Virus record (IMG/VR): IMGVR_UViG_3300029310_000197
Location: 1-5,132 of that record
Strand: one strand, 5' to 3'
Length of the DNA: 5,132 nt
Source: a virus
Below, piece by piece: positions 1-4,469 of the stretch. Below the pieces are notes generated by a model, which did no database searches, had not been told where the DNA came from, and worked only from the letters and a program-made list of their open reading frames with translations. The first letter of the stretch is position 1, and each line of letters opens with the position of its first letter. The translations under genes were made by a program, and so were the position numbers.

Positions 1-99
1 ACCAAAATAAGGATTTGTACCACTCGCAGAAACGTACTTAACTATGTAAGACGAGGAACGTTCTTTCGAACGACATTCCTCTATAGAGGAAAAACCACA
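1..99. repeat. Terminal direct repeat, copy 1 of 2. Identical to 5034-5132. A circular genome was linearised with 99-nt redundancy, so the true unit length is 5033 nt.
   Basis: Read directly: the first 99 nt (accaaaataaggatttgtaccactcgc...ggaaaaaccaca) recur exactly at 5034-5132. The repeat falls inside one continuous minus-strand reading frame. Confidence 0.95.
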
Positions 100-528
100 G
101 TTCCAAATTTTTTTTAAAATACAAGGGAAATACTTAGCATCTACACCATTGACGAAATATAACGCATGGTAATGTGGACGCTTGAATTTACTTTTAACTT
201 TATCCTGATTTTTCGTCTGCGGGCCATACTCAGACGCAAGAAAATATTTGAAAGTCAAATTTAATTTGCGCCGAGTAATAAAAATCCGCAAACGTTTATG
301 AAAAAGTTGTATCATACGTTTAGAAGGATGCACAAGACCAAGAGTCTTAGGCAAATGCTCATCATCAATGGTCAAAGTGACAAAGAAAACTTTATCGGTA
401 GTCTTACATTCCAAAAGGCAACGCTGACGCCAATCGCTTGCTCGATGATTGACGCAATCAATGCACTTTCCGCACGGAACATCATACATTTGGCCATTTT
501 TGGTTATCTGTACAGGAGATATACACAT
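1..528 (-). CDS. Replication initiator (rolling-circle Rep, Microviridae VP4-like), N-terminal part. The ATG is at 528..526 and aa 1-176 are encoded down to base 1. The ORF continues across the circular junction into 5033..4470.
   Basis: Hand translation of the minus strand gives MCISPVQITKNGQMYDVPCGKCIDCVNHRASDWRQRCLLECKTTDKVFFVTLTIDDEHL...KFKRPHYHALYFVNG...SSYIVKYVSASG. RCR motif I (FFVTLTID) is present. So are the HUH motif (PHYHALYF) and the catalytic two-tyrosine motif (YIVKY, cf. phiX174 gene A YVAKYVNK). An N-terminal CGKCxxC cluster matches what I recall for gokushovirus VP4 proteins. An in-frame upstream stop lies at 537..535. The frame is open to base 1 and is in phase with the ORF leaving 5132. 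Confidence 0.9.
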   Translation of the reverse strand, partial: MCISPVQITKNGQMYDVPCGKCIDCVNHRASDWRQRCLLECKTTDKVFFVTLTIDDEHLPKTLGLVHPSKRMIQLFHKRLRIFITRRKLNLTFKYFLASEYGPQTKNQDKVKSKFKRPHYHALYFVNGVDAKYFPCILKKIWNCGFSSIEECRSKERSSSYIVKYVSASGTNPYFG

Positions 529-549
529 GATGCACTATTTTTTAATACA

Positions 550-581
550 CAAAGGTAAATATTATATTTGACATTACCAAT
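550..581 (-). promoter_or_regulatory. Candidate promoter for rep. A Bacteroidetes-type -7 motif TAccTTTG (minus strand, plus coordinates 557..550) has a TTG about 20 nt upstream (580..578) and an A10 UP-like tract. A sigma70-like TATAAT also lies at 566..561.
   Basis: The minus-strand sequence is ...ctactAAAAAAAAAAttggtaatgtcaaaTATAATatTTACCTTTGtgtattaaaaaatagtgcatcATG. The -7 motif matches the Bacteroides TAnnTTTG consensus. It sits about 21 nt upstream of the rep ATG. This is the only sizeable non-coding stretch upstream of rep. Confidence 0.3.
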
Positions 582-596
582 TTTTTTTTTAGTAGC

Positions 597-616
597 TGAC
601 ACAGAGGACTGTGTCA
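597..616. other. Hairpin with an 8-bp perfect stem (tgacacag / ctgtgtca) and a 4-nt loop. It is adjacent to a T10/A10 homopolymer at 581-590 and lies in the rep-upstream intergenic region.
   Basis: Read directly: 597-604 is the reverse complement of 609-616. T10 at 581-590 is the only long homopolymer in the genome. Confidence 0.55.
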
Positions 617-674
617 CTCCGCAATAATTGTCAAGTAAAAGGAGCGGAGCGCCGCTTTATGTAGCGGACGGCAT

Positions 675-729
675 AAAAAAGCCCCCGCGCAAGTTGATAA
701 TCAAAGATTATCAACGATTGCGCGAGGGC
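675..729 (-). terminator. Rho-independent terminator for the VP1-ORF116 transcription unit. It is an imperfect 49-nt palindrome at 681-729 (about 20 bp of stem) followed on the minus strand by a T6 tract at 680..675.
   Basis: Plus-strand 681-690 gcccccgcgc pairs with 720-729 gcgcgagggc, with 1 mismatch. The inner 693-702 gttgataatc pairs perfectly with 706-715 gattatcaac, leaving a 3-nt loop. On the gene (minus) strand the stem ends ...GCGCGGGGGC and is directly followed by TTTTTTAT. Confidence 0.6.
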
Positions 730-763
730 AAACAACCTCAAACTATTCTACTCTATGTTATCA

Positions 764-1114
764 TCAGTTTTTTTCGGTTTTTTGAGGAACGGAAGAATTG
801 TCTGTATCACTGACATCAGACACTGCAGAATTATCTTTAACATCTTGATTATTATTTTGATTATTATTTTGTTGAACATTAACAGTATCATCAAGGACAC
901 CAAGTTCATCTACATTAGGAAAGACATCGGAAAGATCTTGACCATACGCAATATCAGGAACATACGACATCATCGGGTCTTGGCCGGACATAGAAATAGA
1001 AATGATATCCTGGACAGATTTGGACATGTCCGGCATAGTAAGTTGAACACCAGAATTGACTTCATCCACGAAAGAATTTTCACGCGGAAGATAGGGGGAA
1101 CGATACGTACTCAT
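764..1114 (-). CDS. Hypothetical 116-aa acidic protein with an N/Q-rich low-complexity C-terminus. Possibly a scaffolding-like or VP5-like accessory protein.
   Basis: The ATG at 1114..1112 lies 2 nt after the VP1 TAA, which suggests translational coupling. The TGA stop is at 766..764. The product has many D/E/S residues (VDELGVLDDTVNVQQNNNQNNNQDVKDNSAVSDVSDTD). No motif is recognised. A rho-independent terminator follows about 35 nt downstream. Confidence 0.55.
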   Translation of the reverse strand: MSTYRSPYLPRENSFVDEVNSGVQLTMPDMSKSVQDIISISMSGQDPMMSYVPDIAYGQDLSDVFPNVDELGVLDDTVNVQQNNNQNNNQDVKDNSAVSDVSDTDNSSVPQKTEKN

Positions 1115-1116
1115 AA

Positions 1117-2808
1117 TTATAAATGTGGGTCTGCATATTTAGGAATCAAACGGAAAGCTTCAACCTGATTATATATCTGACAGTAAAGAGGATGCGCGAC
1201 ATCAGAAGACACAGCAAGGACATTGTCAACATTAGCATTATCATACGTAATAAATGAAGTATTCAGCATAGGAGCATTTTTGAAAGAACGAGCCATGTGC
1301 CAAAACCGTAAAGAGGAACGGAACTCACCATGTATTTCGTTAGGATTATACCTATATTCAGCATAGCGAGGAGCGTAACCAAATTCTTGATTTGAAAGAG
1401 CATGAACCGAGTTGGAAAGGGACTTATTTCCAAAGAAGTCAAAATAAATTTCTTTGTTACGGATAGCCTGTTCACCGATATTTGCGAACTCAGGCCAATA
1501 ATATTCATCCCAGGATTCACGACAGAACTTGCGCGGAACGCCTTGAAAATAAGCAGACTTAGGCATAACAGACAATATACCAATGAGTTGACCATGTTCT
1601 TCAAAACGGCGAGAGAATGCGAAATTAGACGATGCAGAAGTAGCATTACCAGCGAGCATACCAAGCGGCTCCTGAACAACACCGGACTCAGTAGTCTTAG
1701 AGGCACCAGTTTGTTGAACCTCAGACATAATTAGAGGAGTTTTAAGGCCACAAAGATACTCAGGACGCTGAAGACGAGCATCAGACGAACGGACACCGAA
1801 ATGCGAAAAGATTTGTTCAATATAACGTGAACCGCCAATAGCTTGGCGTTCGAGCCATTCTTGAATTTTGAAAGCGCGACGAAGATCGACAACGGAAGGA
1901 ACAGTTGAAGAAGTAAAACGAACTTTTAGATCTTTGGAATTATCAATGTGAACGTTACTTGAATTGGGAAGCCCTTGATCAGCATCAGACGAATTAGCAA
2001 ACGAAGTAAGAAGATTGCCAACACCATCAGATCCGAGAATACCTTTAGGAGGATCATCCAAGCCATTGGAACCATAAATAGCATTACCAGACGAAGAAGG
2101 ATTATAGTAAACTTCACCAGAACCAAAAGGCAAAGTCACTGGATTAGTGCCATACTGCGGCCAGGGGAGAGCAGAAGTAAAGTAATCATGTATCCAAGCA
2201 CGACGCTGAAGTTGCATGAGACGGAGAGACTCAGTTTTATCAACAGTACCAGAAGCACGTGAAAACTCTATCTCAGCAGTGAGATTTTGGTCACGATAAT
2301 ACTCATTATATATAAGCGCATACGCGCGGAACGGCAGTGCATCAATAGACGAAAGAGTGCCGCCGAAATCCTTAGTAGGAACCTCATTAACAGTAGGAAA
2401 ACCAAAGTAGTCATAAAGACTTCCAGGGGATATTTCAGAAGGAATATCCCTCATATCGTTGTAAGGACCATTAGGAATAGAAACCTGCAAAGACGGACGG
2501 ACGGGTAGGACAGCAGAACCAGGCTTTTTTACATTTGAAATGAAGTCTTGGAAATCATCCCATACAAGACGATTAGGTACGAAGAAATAATGCATGTACA
2601 CATCTACCTGCTGCATGAGTGGAGCCAAGGTGGGAGCCATACGAATAAGATGTTTTTGGCCAACCTTGAAGGCATCACCAGGTAAAACCTCCTGATGAAA
2701 AAACGGTATAAGTTGACCGAACTTCGCAGTAAGGCGATTTTCATAAGAAAGGTCAAAACTTGAGCCAGAAGGCTTAGTAAGACGAATTGAATTAAATATA
2801 TTAGCCAT
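1117..2808 (-). CDS. Major capsid protein (Microviridae VP1 / phiX174 F homologue, gokushovirus-type), 563 aa.
   Basis: The ATG is at 2808..2806 and the TAA at 1119..1117. The N-terminal region (SFDLSYENRLTAKFGQLIPFFHQEVLPGDAFKVGQKHLIRMAPTLAPLMQQVDVYMHYFFVPNRLVW) closely follows the conserved N-terminal pattern of gokushovirus VP1 as I remember it (Chp2/SpV4: SFDRS...L.P.F..EVLPGD.F......R.A.P.L.......Y.FFVP.RL.W). The 563-aa size is typical for Gokushovirinae VP1. An internal G/S/N-rich stretch matches the known variable surface-loop insertion. Confidence 0.93.
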   Translation of the reverse strand: MANIFNSIRLTKPSGSSFDLSYENRLTAKFGQLIPFFHQEVLPGDAFKVGQKHLIRMAPTLAPLMQQVDVYMHYFFVPNRLVWDDFQDFISNVKKPGSAVLPVRPSLQVSIPNGPYNDMRDIPSEISPGSLYDYFGFPTVNEVPTKDFGGTLSSIDALPFRAYALIYNEYYRDQNLTAEIEFSRASGTVDKTESLRLMQLQRRAWIHDYFTSALPWPQYGTNPVTLPFGSGEVYYNPSSSGNAIYGSNGLDDPPKGILGSDGVGNLLTSFANSSDADQGLPNSSNVHIDNSKDLKVRFTSSTVPSVVDLRRAFKIQEWLERQAIGGSRYIEQIFSHFGVRSSDARLQRPEYLCGLKTPLIMSEVQQTGASKTTESGVVQEPLGMLAGNATSASSNFAFSRRFEEHGQLIGILSVMPKSAYFQGVPRKFCRESWDEYYWPEFANIGEQAIRNKEIYFDFFGNKSLSNSVHALSNQEFGYAPRYAEYRYNPNEIHGEFRSSLRFWHMARSFKNAPMLNTSFITYDNANVDNVLAVSSDVAHPLYCQIYNQVEAFRLIPKYADPHL

Positions 2809-2822
2809 TAATTTTGATTTAG

Positions 2823-2848
2823 GTGTGCAGCGCTAACGCGCTGCACAC
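2823..2848. other. Perfect GC-rich hairpin, an 11-bp stem (gtgtgcagcgc / gcgctgcacac) with a 4-nt loop (taac). It lies in the 214-nt intergenic region upstream of VP1.
   Basis: Read directly: 2823-2833 is the exact reverse complement of 2838-2848. It is a GC island in an AT-rich genome. No U/T tract follows on either strand, so it is not a canonical intrinsic terminator. Confidence 0.7.
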
Positions 2849-2950
2849 AATTAATAAGGTTAGGACATTTTTTAAACTATCAAAACGAAAAAGATCATAA
2901 ATGAAAAACACGAAAATCAAAGATGATCAATAGCAATTTGAAAGTTAAAT

Positions 2951-3016
2951 TTACAGGCGAATACCACCACGCGGCATGATATAGGTAGTGGAACGCTTAC
3001 CAGAATTTTTTTTCAT
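2951..3016 (-). CDS. Candidate micro-ORF of 21 aa, MKKNSGKRSTTYIMPRGGIRL. It has net charge about +6 and no acidic residues. Possibly a J/ORF8-like small DNA-binding packaging protein.
   Basis: An ATG at 3016..3014 leads to a TAA at 2953..2951. It sits directly after the ORF122 stop, in the same frame 6 nt downstream, and before the VP1 gene. This is the position where phiX174 has J before F, and where gokushoviruses carry a small basic ORF8 after VP3. It is very short, so it could be chance. Confidence 0.2.
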   Translation of the reverse strand: MKKNSGKRSTTYIMPRGGIRL

Positions 3017-3022
3017 AAGCAG

Positions 3023-3391
3023 TCATTTATTTTTATGTGAAACATCATCGAGAACTTGATTAAGCAAAGAGTCAATAAAATCCTCATCAGTGCGAACACG
3101 AGATTTAAAACACAAACGCTCGATATAAAGACAGATACGAGTAAGATCAGACGTTTTAAGATAACCCAAAGATTTGTGTAAACGAGAAACACATTTATTA
3201 TAGGCAATCAAACGCTCAGGAAAGGAAGGACAGACAGCAGTATTTGCGTAGAAACGCTTCCAAAACAAATCAGGAAGAATGTCCATAACGAAGTAAAGTT
3301 GCTTTAACGAAAGAGTGTCAAGAAGATTATATACCTTATCATAATCGAAAAGGCAAACATCATCTGAATTAGGAGATTTCTTATTATTCAT
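3023..3391 (-). CDS. Hypothetical 122-aa protein in the VP3 (internal scaffolding) position, immediately downstream of VP2.
   Basis: The ATG at 3391..3389 lies 5 nt after the VP2 TAA at 3399..3397. The frame is same-strand and tightly coupled, with coding-like composition and a TGA stop at 3025..3023. No motif is recognised. The VP3 assignment is positional only. Confidence 0.55.
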   Translation of the reverse strand: MNNKKSPNSDDVCLFDYDKVYNLLDTLSLKQLYFVMDILPDLFWKRFYANTAVCPSFPERLIAYNKCVSRLHKSLGYLKTSDLTRICLYIERLCFKSRVRTDEDFIDSLLNQVLDDVSHKNK

Positions 3392-3396
3392 AACAT

Positions 3397-4464
3397 TTAA
3401 TATTTTTGAGAACGAAGTTTTAATTCATGCCTGGCATCCTTATCGACATCATCCAAATCACCAGTAATAAGAGCACCAGTCTTAAGACCTTGTGAGAACA
3501 TATCCGAACCATACATATCAGTATAAGCCTTGACAAAGCCGAACAAGTCCAATATTTCATATTGACGCTGTGCAGTCATTGCCTGAAAATGACGATTTTG
3601 GAGAATATCCAACATAGAAGCATTAGCTAACTTATACTCACTAATTTTTAATTGAGTACAAGCATCATCAAGAGCATTCTGATACTTTACACGAAGTGTA
3701 CTTGTGGCTGAATTTTGTGCATTTGTGGCAGCATTTTGCGCATTTGCATTTGCATTCACACGATTTGCGTAAGTTTGAGACCGAAGATTTTCGAGATATG
3801 CGGGGAAAGCTTCAATTTTCAATGCGAGTTCATCAGCTTGCTTACCAGAGAGCCGAGTTTGCGCGGCTATTAAATCACCTTGCTTTTGAGCATTATAGTA
3901 CTCTTGAACTTTCAAATCAATATCTTTACCTTGAATAGTGACAATATTTTTTTGCTGCTGCAAGATAATAGGCCATTGTTCAAGACTGAATTTTGTTAAA
4001 CCATTCTGATAAGACACACGAGAATTGAGAGTATCGCGAAGATACTGAGTGTCGAGGGCTTTATTAGCAATGAGTGCTAAGTCCAATTGATTTTGTGTTT
4101 CCTGTCTACGAACTTGAGACCGAGCTAGTTTCATACTCGTAACAGCAGAAACACCCTTAAACATACTATCAGAATAATCGACAGGTGCGACAGTACCAAG
4201 CGAAGTAGACGTATTATTTGAAGAATTGCCAGAAACACCATTACCATAAACGAGGTTAGGATTAAGTCCAGCAGCCTGAAGACGTTGCATCTGCGCTGTG
4301 GGAGCGTTATACTCGTTCTGTTTATTCCAAAGGTCGAGATTTTGCTGATACTGCAGCTGCATAAGTTTTTTTGTATAGTTATAATTTTGTCGTTGAGAAA
4401 TGGCAGATCCAATCATGCCAATGCCAGCGCCGATAGCGCCTTCAGCAATAGAAGCCCAGTTCAT
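3397..4464 (-). CDS. Minor capsid / DNA pilot protein (Microviridae VP2-like; functional analogue of phiX174 H), 355 aa.
   Basis: The ATG at 4464..4462 lies 5 nt after the rep stop. The N-terminus is glycine-rich and hydrophobic (ASIAEGAIGAGIGMIGSAIS, glycine-zipper-like). A long Q/N/A-rich predicted helical, coiled-coil-like central part follows (ANRVNANANAQNAATNAQN). Size and position relative to rep and the capsid gene are typical of gokushovirus VP2. Homology was not verified by search. Confidence 0.75.
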   Translation of the reverse strand: MNWASIAEGAIGAGIGMIGSAISQRQNYNYTKKLMQLQYQQNLDLWNKQNEYNAPTAQMQRLQAAGLNPNLVYGNGVSGNSSNNTSTSLGTVAPVDYSDSMFKGVSAVTSMKLARSQVRRQETQNQLDLALIANKALDTQYLRDTLNSRVSYQNGLTKFSLEQWPIILQQQKNIVTIQGKDIDLKVQEYYNAQKQGDLIAAQTRLSGKQADELALKIEAFPAYLENLRSQTYANRVNANANAQNAATNAQNSATSTLRVKYQNALDDACTQLKISEYKLANASMLDILQNRHFQAMTAQRQYEILDLFGFVKAYTDMYGSDMFSQGLKTGALITGDLDDVDKDARHELKLRSQKY

Positions 4465-4469
4465 ATTAT

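Noticed and set aside
298-558. Plus-strand 86-aa ORF
   Set aside because: It is fully antisense to the well-supported rep N-terminal region. Microviridae genes are unidirectional. Its composition is the antisense of a coding region.
568-596. Plus-strand sigma70-like -35 TTGACA at 568-573
   Set aside because: No acceptable -10 hexamer lies 16-18 nt downstream (agtagc). It would drive transcription antisense to all genes.
628-813. Plus-strand 61-aa ORF across the intergenic terminator region
   Set aside because: It is driven by the GC-rich palindromes. It is on the opposite strand to all real genes, and it overlaps the terminator hairpin.
755-1168. Plus-strand 137-aa ORF rich in I/N/R
   Set aside because: It is antisense to ORF116 and the VP1 3' end. 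Its low-complexity I/N/R content is the mirror image of the D/N/Q-rich coding strand.
1402-2508. Plus-strand ORFs 1402..1734, 1975..2262 and 2287..2508
   Set aside because: They are antisense to the capsid gene. They are basic R/K/I-rich artefacts of an AT-rich antisense frame.
2823-2848. Interpreting the GC hairpin as a rho-independent terminator
   Set aside because: No T/U tract follows the stem on either strand. The minus strand continues ctaaatcaaaatta, and the plus strand continues aattaataagg. The true terminator-like structure is at 675-729 instead.
4131-4412. 93-aa +1-frame hydrophobic ORF inside VP2, and 64-aa/66-aa alternative-frame ORFs at 3013..3207 and 1926..2126
   Set aside because: They fit the same compositional pattern, where a T-rich wobble position becomes position 2 in the +1 frame, suppressing stops and creating hydrophobic residues. 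They have no independent start or stop context.
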